A stretch of 63,985 nucleotides of DNA, filler included, from Hausera hauseri (taxonomy: Eukaryota): assembly GCA_046269625.1 (NCBI GenBank). It is 12 parts of 12 records of this genome, joined end to end, with 100 filler letters (N's around TTAATTAATTAA, not from the genome) between each part and the next. Parts side by side here need not be neighbours in the genome. Positions count along the whole stretch, not along the records: positions 22,380 to 27,144 come from JBJURY010444469.1; positions 27,245 to 32,763 come from JBJURY010237628.1; positions 32,864 to 40,061 come from JBJURY010031447.1; 9 more parts are not named here. One strand, 5' to 3'. This document shows positions 26,636 to 38,944 of this stretch, piece after piece (positions within the stretch are counted from its first letter, which is position 1; each line of letters opens with the position of its first letter). Below the pieces are notes generated by a model, which saw only the letters and a list, made by a program, of their open reading frames with translations, had not been told where the DNA came from and ran no database searches. A program made the position numbers and the translations under genes.

Positions 26636-27144
26636 TGTAACCAAATATGTCAAGTTTCGTCTCAACTAAGATCTTACTGAGTCCTGCGTGACTCGTTTTG
26701 CCAATGATTTGAGTCCTGCGAGACATAATTCTTTAAAATGTAACCTTTCAGTTCTTCGATGAGTCCTGCGTGACTCTTGAGTCCTGCGAGACATAATTAT
26801 TTAAAATGTAACCTTTCAGTCTCAGATGAGTCCTGCGAGACTCATTTCTGCCTATGGTCAATAACCCTCTTTGTAACTGACCAATATTCTGTATCCTTTG
26901 TAACTCATGTAACCTCTGTCTTTTGGACTGCATTTTTTTTTTTTTTTTTTTTTTATATATATATATCCTGTACATTTGTTAAAACCTTAATAAATGTTGG
27001 GATCCTGGCGCCTGCACGAAATGCTCTAAGCTGAGTTCTGCTCGGCGAGCAGCAGGCGTTGGATTTCGAATTCCAGTTCTCAATTTCCCGACTCTCTTCT
27101 TCCTTTGCCGAGTCTGTCCTAAATTTGACGACTCAAATTTCACA
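26636..27144 (+). repeat. Putative ~510-nt LTR (TG...CA) preceded by purine-rich GAGGAGACAAA
   Basis: Starts TGTAAC and ends TTTCACA at the contig end; internal 68-nt direct repeat, TATA-like run at ~26955, AATAAA at ~26989. Confidence 0.55.
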
Positions 27145-27244
27145 NNNNNNNNNNNNNNNNNNNNNNNNNNNNNNNNNNNNNNNNNNNNTTAATTAATTAA
27201 NNNNNNNNNNNNNNNNNNNNNNNNNNNNNNNNNNNNNNNNNNNN

Positions 27245-28240
27245 ACTGATTCAGTTGCTGACGCCTTCATAAAAATCTGGATCAGTCGCTTTGGTTCCCC
27301 ACGTTACATAATAACGGACCAGGGTCTACAATTTGAGTCTGAGCTTTTCAAATCACTTGTCAAACGCTTGGGGATATCCCATTTTCATACAACACCATAT
27401 CATCCTCAAGCAAACGGTCTTCTTGAAAGGTTCCATCGTACAATGAAAGTCTCTTTAAAAATCTTGGCTGACGCACATCGCAATTGGACGTCCATTCTAC
27501 CTTTTGTTCTGTTAGGTTGGCGCAACACACCCTCTACTACTACCGGTTGCGCTCCAGCCGAAGCACTCTTTGGGACTCCAATTTGGGCTTTATTTGAACT
27601 TTCTGATCTCGACGACAACCCCACAGATGAGAACATTCGCGCAGCACAATCTCATTTCGTCAAGGTCAGCTCAGATTCATTCTGTCGCCTCTTTAACAAC
27701 AACAAATCCTATATTCCTAAGGATTTGTATTCCGCCAAGTTTGTATGGTTAAAGGATCAATTGTCTTCAGGTTTTAGACCTCAATATGTTGGTCCATACA
27801 AAATACTAAATCTTTCATCTCACACAGCTACCGTTTTACGCCAAGACAAGCCTTACAATGCCCACATTTTGAATCTGAAGCCTGCCTTCTTCATTGACGA
27901 CATTCCAGATACCAATTCTGCATCCAGTTCACTCAGCTATCACTTCTACTGACTTTCTAAATGATTTTTCATCACCTCCAATTGAATCGCCTTTTTTGCT
28001 GGACTCATCTTCGCTACCATTTCCGTCACAAATTATCACTCAACAACCCAGCACAAATCTATCGAGTAAGGTACACAAAGTGACATTCAGTACCTACAGC
28101 AGAGAAAAATTCTGTGATGGTACGCAACGCCTAACTCATACTAAAACCGAATAGAAGGTAAACACTTTTCATCCTCATAATCGTTACCATTCCTTTTCAT
28201 CTTTATATAGTTTCTCTTCTGCCACGGGGGGGGGGAGTGA
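27245..28240 (+). mobile_element. Ty3/gypsy integrase C-terminal half plus polypurine tract (G-run 28226-28237); LTR starts at 28241
   Basis: WISRFGSP..ITDQGLQFES, TTPYHPQANGLLERFHRTMK, YVGPYKI; same family as 17498-21110. Confidence 0.92.
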
Positions 28241-29499
28241 TGTGGTGCCGCGACCGTGGGCGCCGACGTAACTCTGTCTTTTGAATCAGACATAGATCTC
28301 AACATCATGGTGTTTTATTGGATGCAATTAGATATTTTGTGTTTAAGGACAGTGTACTTGGGAGCGTGGGTTCGTGTCCGTGGATGGATTCGGTCTCCCT
28401 CATCGACATCATTGATTATAATATTTGTTGTTGTTGTTGTTGAACTTTTATTGTAATGCTTATATGGTTGTATTTGGTATATTTTGTATAACAGTAAATG
28501 GATGTTTTATAGTCTGTTGAAATTTTGTTATAATAACTTTTTAATCAGAAAAGTTTTATTGATATGTTCAATAATTTTTGTACAGTAGTTTTATCCGACT
28601 TAGCTGTTTTATTTTATTAAGTTGTAAAAAATTAGAGGCCAATTGTTTAAGTTTGGTAAAAAAAGAGACACGATAACTACAAAAAATACATAATAGAATT
28701 TTAATCAATTGATAAAAAGGTGTTTTAATAAATCTAGTTCTTCGGTTGTTCTGAATTCTCACTGTTAGAAAATGGTTCGGATAACATGGTTTTCGTTACA
28801 GAAGAAGCGTGGGTATTCATTAGTGGCGTCGGATTTCTGGGTCTGGATAGATCAGATCCGACGCCCACATACGTTGGTTTTTTGTTCAGTTGATCTTTTC
28901 CCTTATATTTTTGAAGCAGAGATAACAAGATTCCAACACTGGTGTCAGAAGTGGGATGAAGAACATATCTTTTCCATCGTGAAGCTCAATAGCTATCGAT
29001 GTATCCCAGACTCGCCTATCCGAAGCTGTGGCCGAGGTTTACATTTATTTCAATTTTATTTAGACAATGAAATTATTAGTGGTGATCGTCATTTACTCAT
29101 GTCACATTTTTTGACCCACTTTTTAGCTTTATTATTTTTTATGTACACAAGTCATGTCTGTGTTCGAGTATTGTGTCGATGGGGGGAATCGGATTCATTC
29201 GTGGCTGTGACCTTTGTGCTCCTCAGTGCGTTGTTCTTGGGCATGTGGTGTCAACACTACCCAGAAGTGTTATTTCACACTATTTTACTTATGATAATTT
29301 GTATTTTACCCTATTTTCTCATAAAAACAATAACACTATAAGTACTTTATACAACTATATAAATTATGGATCATGCATACAAAATATTGATCCTGCATAC
29401 ATTTTGAATACATTTTTCATTCATATTTTATTTGATAAATCAGTACTCAGTTTTCTCAGCTGCAATATAGAATTGAAAGCCGATGCGAAGGAAAAGGAT

Positions 29500-31110
29500 G
29501 TTGAATTTTATTGTTTGCGTTGTTTTGAACTGAAGAAATTTGTAAATTACTGCACATCAACTATAGAATACAAAGAAAAACCTACCAATGTTAAACCAAC
29601 TGAAAAACACTATGTGAGACAGTTATCTGAAGGTATTTTGCGAAACTATTTCAATCTCGATTTATTTGAATATCCTGAAACTGATAACAAAAGTTTGGAA
29701 AAGACTCAAACAATCTCTAGAAAATTAAAAGAAGTTTTTTAAATTTCAAAAGAAACTGATGATACTCAGAAACGAGAGAATATATTAAAGCAGCTTTCAA
29801 ATTTAGGATTGTTTAGTTTGCAATTGTCGGAAATTTATAATGGATCTGGTTACAGCAATTTGATTATGGGACTCATCCATGAGGCAATTTCGTCAGATGT
29901 TAGATATTTATTGAATTCATATTTACCGCATATGCTTTCTATACACGCTATTTCTACTGCTGGTAGCGAAGCGATTAAGAATAAAAAATTAGTACAAATA
30001 GAGTATGGAAGTTTTTCTGTAATTTCAAGCATCGGTAATTGTTTCACTTTAGAGCCAAAATATCGATTGACGGCATTTCACGACCAATTGGGCGGTACAT
30101 ATATTTTCAATGGGTCCATGCGTGTTGTATTTGGATCTGATAATGTATTTGTGGATGACCTTAGCTCGAGAAAATGATCAGGTTCTTGTTGGTTTCCTAG
30201 TGGATTCCAAAGCCACAGGAATAAAAAACGGTTCATTAAGCACCGTTATCCATTTTGACAGTGTCCGTATTCCAAAAGGGAATATGTTGACAGGATGTGA
30301 TGGAGTTGAGTTTGGAAGAAAGTTTACTTATATCAAAGATGTGTCGATTGCGGTTGCCTCAGCGTCCATACTGCGGTCTATGTTGGAAATAACGAACAAT
30401 TTTATTAGCACCAATAACGCTTTTGGAAAGAGTCTACAGAAACTTGAAACCATTCAAAAAGACGTTGTCGATCTGATGTTGGATGCATATGTTACTGAAA
30501 GTGTTGCCTACTTTTCCTCAGGTTTACTCGATAACCTGCCGAATAATGATCTGTTTGTTGAATGCTCATTGGCAAAAATATTTAGTTTGGAGGCATTATG
30601 GCGGTCTTTAAATTGCACTATGAAACTCCAGGGTAATAGAGCATTGTCTTGTGACAATAAGGGTTTTGTTCAAATGTATAAGGATATGAATTTACTCTGC
30701 TTTAATCAACTATCATCATTGCATTTAAAACAAATCGTTACTAAAGAATGTATGACTCATGTATTTTCTGAACTACAACACGATAAATACATTGTCAACT
30801 CATTCAGTTATAATCTCCATCAGCGTGTCGGATACGAGACTAAGGAATTGTACAGGAAACTGTACGACATGATGAAAGTCGTCCAAAAGTTGATCAAACG
30901 ACCAAAGTACGCATATGATGACTTTCTCATTCTCAATTTATACTGCATCCTTGTCGATGTGCACACATTAATCAGTGTATTGAGTCGTGCATCACAGTCC
31001 ATGTCCATTGGATTGCGAAGTGCAAATCATGAAGTCAATTTGATCATTGTGTTTGTCGACCAATGTACGAGTCGTATTAACAAACTTGTCGACGACCTAT
31101 TGAAGAATGT
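29500..31110 (+). pseudogene. ACAD9: Divergent ACAD9/VLCAD-like acyl-CoA dehydrogenase, disrupted (in-frame TAA at 29740, frameshift ~30150)
   Basis: LFEYPE, LKQLSNLGLFSLQLSEIYNGSGYSN, CFTLEP, YIFNGS, FDSVRIPKGNML, AFGKSL, AYVTESVAY, ECSLAKIFSLEA, VLSRASQSMSIGLRSANHE are collinear with ACAD9. Confidence 0.75.
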
Positions 31111-32275
31111 GTTGCACACGATGGTTCTTCGAATTGTAGGTATCATTGATTTGGTTTTCTCATTGCAAACATTCACGAAGGGTGTACTGGATAATAAAAT
31201 GATAATAACGTCAAATAAATATCCAATTTGGTGGAATAATAAAGCCGGATCAAATTTGTTGTTGAAGGCAAGCAGGCTATTTAATCAGTTCATTATTAGT
31301 AAATTCTATCCAAAAACTTTAAATAAAAATAAAATCATGTTACTTAAATGCTGTTGTTGGAATTTTGCTCCGGGTCTTATTAATAAGTTAATCGATTCAA
31401 CGAATCTTGAGGAAGAAGATTCGGCTGTTGACCTTTGTCTGGAATTGATTGTACGGGTTGACAACGTGATGAAATATACGGAACTAACAACGCGCATATT
31501 CCATGCTGTTCGGTTGGATAATTGTTACAGCACACCAAGACAAGCTGCACAATACATGCTCGATAGTGTTAGAGCCGTCTCTCTGGATCTCTATATCGTT
31601 GCTGGACTGTCTACCGGTAGCGAAGTTATTGATACATTTTTTACATTTAATCACTATTCATTACCATTGAATACATATATTATGTTACATTCTGAAACAT
31701 ATTTTTCAACCACCTCTCTTATTGTAACATTGAATTGTAACATTGCCTATATCAATCTGCAACACACATCCGATGACACAGGAATGTATGTTAATGGAAT
31801 AATAATCCTATACTTCTTTTCATTTACTTTTCAGGGTGAACCGAGTTTCAATAATAATACCGCACGTAAAATAATCTGCATAATCTACCATAATTTACAT
31901 GTAGACTTACCAATTTCTGTTACCTTTAAAATCTATTTTGACAACTGCAAAACCACTATTCTCACCTTTCTAACACCGTGCAAATATTTTAATTTCTTGT
32001 CTTGTGTGGATTACGTACCGGTCGACCAAACAGTATTATTAAAGGTTTTGCAACTAAATTCAACAACAAAATCTTCAATCATTGAAATAAAAAAATTCTT
32101 TTCTTATTCTACTGGTTCCACTTTAAAAGATCGGACACTCTGGTTTTATCTCTATTCAAGTACTGATTTTTCGCATATTTTCACGCATTTTGGTAGTTGC
32201 ACTACCATGATTATTAACATAACCTATCGCGACCTCCTCCTACCATCGAGTGGTAATTTTTCAGATCGAGCTTCG

Positions 32276-32763
32276 ATGTCATGCTTGCTAGTTTGGCAGT
32301 GCGGGTTCAACGCTGCCAAAATCCTCCCGGGACACCTCCCGGGTATCATTTCTCAATCCCTATCATTCTTTGTTTTCCATAATAACAAACATATCTATAC
32401 CACATATGCAAAACACACAGAAACCACACATACCATTTATTCTTCTCTTTCATCCCATCTCAATTCCTCTGATTTTTATCTGTCATACCACGGGTTAGTT
32501 TTACATCCGTCCGATTCACTTTCTTTTTTTGCTCACTTCATCATTCACGTCACACTTCATTATCGCGTCCGGGGCGGATCGGACCCCGATCCCTCTTATG
32601 CCGAAAATTCCACTAAGACCAGATCTGGTCGTCGTCCTATTGATCCAACACCATCAGCTCTATCTAACCTCCCTTGCACCGATTTTTTCCTGGACAAAAC
32701 GAACTCGAGCAAAACCTGGCTGCAGTTCCACTTGCAATGGCTAAAAGCCAATCACATTACCGA
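32276..32763 (+). CDS. Ubiquitin-like domain (32363-32578, ends LHYRVRGG) fused to a probable gypsy Gag N-terminus; truncated by the contig end
   Basis: SFFVFHNNKHIYTTY...DFYLSYHGLVL...VTLHYRVRGG fits the beta-grasp pattern; downstream FFLDK..SKTWLQ...WLKANHIT resembles gypsy Gag N-termini. Confidence 0.6.
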
Positions 32764-32863
32764 NNNNNNNNNNNNNNNNNNNNNNNNNNNNNNNNNNNNN
32801 NNNNNNNTTAATTAATTAANNNNNNNNNNNNNNNNNNNNNNNNNNNNNNNNNNNNNNNNNNNN

Positions 32864-35800
32864 TTGGGAAAAGTCCTTATAAATATCATCTGTGTATCTG
32901 ATACATGAAACTATCAGTATCCATATACATCAGCTGCATGGACTCGAACTTGGGGACCATGATGTCATAGTGCAATTTGTACATAAGGATCTTTGACAGG
33001 TCCAGTATTTCCATACCCACATATATGGGCATGTCGAATTGCAAGGATGTTTTCAGCATATGGATGCTGACCAAGTTGTCCGTATATATGATTCTGCTGT
33101 GGAAATTGGGCTTGGCAATGAGCTTCTTTGCCCGCTTCCACTCAGAGACCAGTTCGATGTTGATTCCGTTGCGAATATTTTTCATTGTATTGCCAAAAAC
33201 GCTGTTGACCGCAGCTTCGTATTGAGATCTTTGTATGGCTGCAGCCACATGGACTTGCTGAACTGCAGGGCCCGATGGATCGCAATAACGTGGAGTCAAT
33301 TTCTGACCGCTTGCAGATTTATGTAGTGGATTACATATCTTTCCCGATTTCCAAGATGGCATAGTAACTTTTTTAATCCCTTATTTAGTGGTCTTTTGCT
33401 CTCCGGAAGGAAAGGTTGCTCATGCCTTGTGTGGACAGAGGCCGGATATTGAATATCTACCTCCAGTATGTAGCCCGTATCTCCAGTGGGATGCAGGTAA
33501 AGTATAGGGGTGTTTTCGGGATGCTCAACCCACTTGAAGTTACCATTTGGCAATGGGGCGCTCATTGCCCATCCATACAAGTTGTTGGTATCCAAGTATG
33601 ATATGTGTGAGGATTTCTTGGATGGATCATACTGTGCCATATGCTTGTTGTTAGCCTCATTATACCGGTGGATGGCTTGGCATATTAGGCCTCTAATGCC
33701 TCTCCCAATCATGAGGATCATGTCGTAATTCTTTATAATCTGCAGCCTGACACCTGTATATCTCAGCATAGTTGCGAAACTTATCCCTGGAGGTGTAAAG
33801 AAATGAGCCAGATCCAATGCATAGATCTTTATCGTAACATACCTGAAACTCTCAAAGACATCCGTCAGAAGCAGCACGTCCGTCTTTAGGTATATGTCGC
33901 TGTATTCTCCTAATGTTTGGCATTGGAATGCATGCCAGACATTTTGAACATGCTGCGAATCCATAGCACTGATATCACAATGAAAGAGGATATTGTAAAA
34001 GTCCTTGGCCGGCAATGAGGTCTTAGCAAGTGTTTCCCATGATGTTATAGAATCATAGGGAAACACGTCTTTCCTTTTGACTAGGTCAAAAACCGCTAGG
34101 TCAACCGCTTCTTCTCCTCGAGTTCTTCTGCAAGGAGGTTCTTCACTAAACTGTCAAGTAAAGACGACATGAAACGGAAACTGTCTATAAAGCGAAGCCT
34201 GATTTTCCCAACATTCTTGGTAAAGGTGATGTGTTTTTCCTCACTGTTTGGGATCACATCAATGTTTCCGTCAATGCTGCCCAGTTCCCGCACAACGAAT
34301 CACAGCCAATGAGATTATGGAACACTACAGGCACATATGTGCATGTTTTGCAGCGTAGATTGCAGTTGTTGCATGCCGCGTCCCGATATTTGCCTGTAAA
34401 ATAGCAATAATCTCTGACTTTATAATTATCCTTAGTGAATGATTTGGAGCACAAGTAACATGCTGTTACCTTGCGCCATTCTTGCTTCTTCGACATGCTC
34501 ATTGTATCCTTATGCTGTTGCTGCATATCTCCAATCATATGAGCCATATCTTCAAGTCGCTTCATGAAATGATCTGCTGCGCCTGGACCCCTGAATAGAT
34601 ATGGTTCACTGTCCAGTTCTTTGGCAAACGTGCAATATGATGAGAGTTCATGATATTGATATGCCGTTGTGCTGCTGTGTTGGGGATTAGGACTGCAACT
34701 CTGAACTGGGCGCAGGATCGCTTCAAAGTCGCAATAGATAACTATTGGGACCTTTATCTTCTCGAACTCCTTGAATTCAATGTAGTCCTACTTGGTGACA
34801 TCTGGCCTGATACAATAATTGTTGTTGCAGTACATCTTGTGCTCCTTCAGGTTCTCCACAGCTAACTTGCCATTGAAATGGGACAAGCATCGTTTACATA
34901 TTTCTATTTGTCCATGATGTTTCGCAATTTGTGATCTGAGTAGCCGCTTAAAGTCTGATCCAAACATAATGTTTCTTTTTTCCATCGTCTAGTAGGAGCA
35001 GATCTCTATGATCCTCCAATTCAGCACCGCATATCTTCATGGGACAAAATTTATCATCCTCGTTCAATCCCAAGATATTAATGGACATGTTGACTTTTCC
35101 AAATTTTTTAACTTTATCTATGGATGGAGGGAATTTGATACATTGGAAGTCAGTTGTGCTGCACATCCTTATATAGCCAAACTCGTGAAGCTATATCAAA
35201 ATCATATGAAGCTATATGATTTTGATCCGTTACGAGTTTTGATAGAATGGCATACATTAAACGCATGTGGTTATTATGGACATTGATACATGCTTTTTTA
35301 TTAGCGACCCAATCAGGGAGCTGAATATATGAACTGCTCCGCATGGGAGAGTACTTGTGAATATGCATAATCAATCTCTGGATGGTCGGCAGAGTCCATC
35401 CGCTCTTCTTATTCTGGCTCTCCACGGCTTCACGGATCAGCTTCTAGTGCGCATCCATTCTGCTATATTGGTGTTTTTTAATATGGGTCTATTTTTGGTC
35501 TTAAAGGCCCTATTGTATTCTTCGTCATCAACATTGATGCACGTGGCCTCCAGTTTCATATTCACCTTAAGGGCTTTGGGCTCAGTCATGTTGTCCTGAA
35601 GACTCCCCTCTGTGTCGTCCTCTGTGTATAAGAGGAAATCTTGAAGGGTTGCTTGACCAGTTGCCTATTTGTATCCATGATAGCTCCTCATGGCATTATG
35701 ACAGTTCTGCGGGTTGTGTATTGCACATGTGCAATACACGTATGAACTGCATCTTTGATTTTGTTTAGGCATGGAAGTCATTATTGGCATAGTGGTATTG

Positions 35801-36012
35801 AATATTTGTTTTTTCGACTTGGTGAAGGGAATCAGGTGTTGTTTATGAGCATTATAAAAGTCTTCATATTTGGTCTGGCACACAACCTCATATGTAGGAC
35901 ATATATAATACTCAGCCCTGTTGCATAGATGGCTGAAGTATTTCTGCATAATGTTGTGGCAATTTCTAGGATCGTGGATTTGAGCCAAGCACCATTTGTA
36001 CAGATTGCACAT
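32864..36012 (-). pseudogene. Degenerate protein-primed PolB of a second lineage, with Cys/His-rich N-terminal leader (35665-36012)
   Basis: SGWTL, SSYIQLP, KKHYVWI, YCDFEA, RDYCYFTGKYRDAACNNCNL, FIDSFRFM, YLKTDVLLLTDVF, YLDTNNLYGWAM, NSVFG, YMDTDS. Confidence 0.93.
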
Positions 36013-36169
36013 CTAAAAGTCAAACAATTATTTGAGGAGCACAAATAAAAATCTCACCATAAGTGGATGACATTTTGAAGATAATGGAACATATAGCCAT
36101 ATCGACGCGTACTGCCTCATTTCTGGATTTTTAAATTTTGAATTTTCGAACATTCTAGAACACTTTGTT

Positions 36170-37433
36170 TTAATGTATCAAATAAATTAAATGCACTTGG
36201 GCGCGAAATAGGTCTTCATACTTGGGGAATCGATTAAAGCCATCAGATTATTCGAATAATGCATGCTTGACCGAATATTATCGAATTATTCAGTGTTTTA
36301 TTCATTTCGAGACTGTTCCAAACACTTTGCACATCCTATTTTTGGTTTACAAAGGTTTTCGGACATGCGGAATCCGATGGTACTATTCGAGTATTCGAAT
36401 TCGATCTAAAAATGGACTTTTCTTTTTAAGCCTCGTTTCGAATATTTGACGTCATATTTGGATTCTCCATACACGGTTTTCTATTCCTCTACGCTTTTAG
36501 ATTTTTCGATTCTTGCTTCTATTCGAATAGAAAATCAATTATTCGAAAATTTCGACTTGCATTTGAGTTTTCGAATATCTCGTGTCATAATCGGATACAG
36601 CACATATTAGTTTCTATGTGTGTACGCTTTTACATTTTTCTATTTTCACTTGCTTGTGTGCTAAAATCAATTTTATAGGTTTTAGCTGAAAACCGTTATA
36701 ATTGATTAAAGCACACTTCCACATGTGCGACACATATGAAATGTGCTATATATGCAATAGAACATGGGGAATCGACCGGTGCTCTCAGGTTTCTCAAAAA
36801 ATTTACGGGTGTCAAGATAATCGATACTATTCGGTGAAAATGGATATTTATTCGAGTTGTGCACCGAATTTCAGAAATTTGTGATGGAAGACCCCGATTA
36901 TAATGTGGCACTTCCTGTCTGTTCTCGCTTAAACATTTGTCGAATTGTGACACCTTGGAACCTAAAAACACTAGGGAAGTTTTCACCAGTTGCACATTGG
37001 ATCGATATTATTCGAAATCCCCTCCATCGATTTAAATTCTAATTGCATATTCACATGGTGCACCGTACTTTCAATCGATTTCACCCGTTGCCATGTGCTA
37101 ATCGTCAATATTGGCAATATCGGAATACCGATATTATTGATTTTTTCACACTTTCACATGTGCTGCACATCTGTGCAGCGCATACCAATATGCGCCTTGA
37201 TGTGCACTATCGATTAGCACTTTGTCCCTATCAATTCGACCAATTTTGCAGTGTGCAGCTGTCGATTTGTGAAATGTGCAAAAATGTGCCTTACAACGGT
37301 ACCTAACGGCACCGTCGCCTAGCACACTACCAATCGATAGTGCTCCATGTGCACTATCGATTGACACATGTGCCATATTGATTTTGTAGATTTGCACACC
37401 CGAGGGAGTGGTGCAGACTTCCCATTTTCATCT
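36170..37433. repeat. Repeat module, copy 2, directly upstream of the minus-strand pPolB
   Basis: Collinear with 230-1621. Confidence 0.8.
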
Positions 37434-37439
37434 TTATTA

Positions 37440-38500
37440 TGGAAAAGATAGACGTTAAGAGCTGCAACATGACAAGACTGGATAGCAAACGGCTGCATAC
37501 GGAGGCCAGGAAAAGAGCACACGAGGAATCTGAAGACAGGTGTAAATTGAATGAGGCTGAAAGATTAAAAAAGCTAGAAGCACATGAAAAGGGACTAGGA
37601 AGCGCTTCAACTATATGTGAAGGCAGTAATATTAGAGATGATGACACGGACATGGACTCCACAGTTCATGTTCCATCATCTTTCGATGAATCACGATCTG
37701 TCGAAAAGACTAAGCACAAGAGGTCAGCCAAAAATAAAAGAGCGATCTCAGAAGATGCTGGTGCTTTGAAAAGAATCAACTTGCCTGATCGTGAAGCTAC
37801 GTTTTTTATACATCAGTAGCTAAGGCTTTGGGACACCCTCTTGACGATCTGGCACTGTCTTGGAGCACGATCAAAATAGTTCTTCTGTAGAATTCCCTCT
37901 CCTCCTGCATTTAATGACAAATTACTTCCTGACATTGATGATGCTCAAGAAACTGTGAACCGAGTTGCTGTGATCGTGACTTGTAATGGAGCTGAGAAAC
38001 TGCTGGTTGTTCCTAAAATCGGAAAAAGAACTGGTAGTGAACAAGCTGTTGCTTGTCTAGAAGTCCTAGATGAGTGGAAATTACGCGATGCAGTGCGTAG
38101 AATAGTTTTTGGTACTACAACGTCCAACAATATTATACACGCAGCAGCTTATATTCTTATCGAAAAGGCCTTTGTATTTTCAACAATTTATGCACATTCG
38201 TGACAGAGAGAACTATTTGTATTTTCGAATTGTTAAGGACAAGAGGGATAGAGGAGTCCAGGGACTTCTTGTCAATGGATCCAGAAGCATGGGAAGCTGA
38301 AGAGTCCCATCAAAATCTGTATGAAAGAGTGAAAATTTTGAAAGTGGTAAAGGACAGTGCAGAACGTGGGATCCCTCGCATCGAAAAATACAACCAATGT
38401 CTTACAAAGAATGAAGAGAAAAATCAGTTTCTGCTTTTTTTGTTCAAAATCACTGTCAGAAGTATCTAATTTCCTCTAAGTCTGAATTAGCAACTTAACA
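37440..38500 (+). mobile_element. Internally deleted hATm-like transposase remnant
   Basis: RVAVIV..NGAEKLLVVP...TGSEQA..CLEVLDEW.L...IVFGTTTSN and FLSMDPEAW...LKVVKDSAERGI..IEKYN..LTKNEE. Confidence 0.75.
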
Positions 38501-38639
38501 TTGGACTAATAAACCTCCACCCAATCAAAACAATTTTTCGAAACAATGGAATTTACAGTTACAACTAATATTTGTTTTATGTTGTTTTTTCAACAAATTT
38601 TATTGAACAAAAAAATAACAACGTTTAACAGTAACATCT

Positions 38640-38890
38640 TTAAATAATTATTTCGAAGCATATTCACCATTTACTCCAATTACTGCTTTCCATTTACCTG
38701 GCAGCCGGTCTATTCCACGGTAGAATTTGCTGTTATTAGAGGCAATCCACTCTTTGACGGCAGCCATAAAGTCATTCAAGTTGGCGTAAACTTTGTTCTC
38801 GAGCCACTTTTTCTGCGATCGGTTGATGTGGTAGTCCGTGGGCGCTTCTGTAGAAGAATATGGCGGATGAGAAAGCAGTTTTCAGCCCTT
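38640..38890 (-). mobile_element. mariner transposase C-terminal remnant
   Basis: LSHPPYSSTEAPTDYH...FYRGIDRLPGKWKAVIGVNGEY (HPPYSPDLAPSDY motif). Confidence 0.85.
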
Positions 38891-38944
38891 ATTGGAGATA
38901 GATTTGACGGCTGGAGAAAACTCCGTATTCTTTTGGACATAAAG

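Noticed and set aside
26670-26850. Hammerhead ribozyme (GATGAGTCC...)
   Set aside because: No CUGAUGA core with a properly placed GAAA and stems; only short palindromes.
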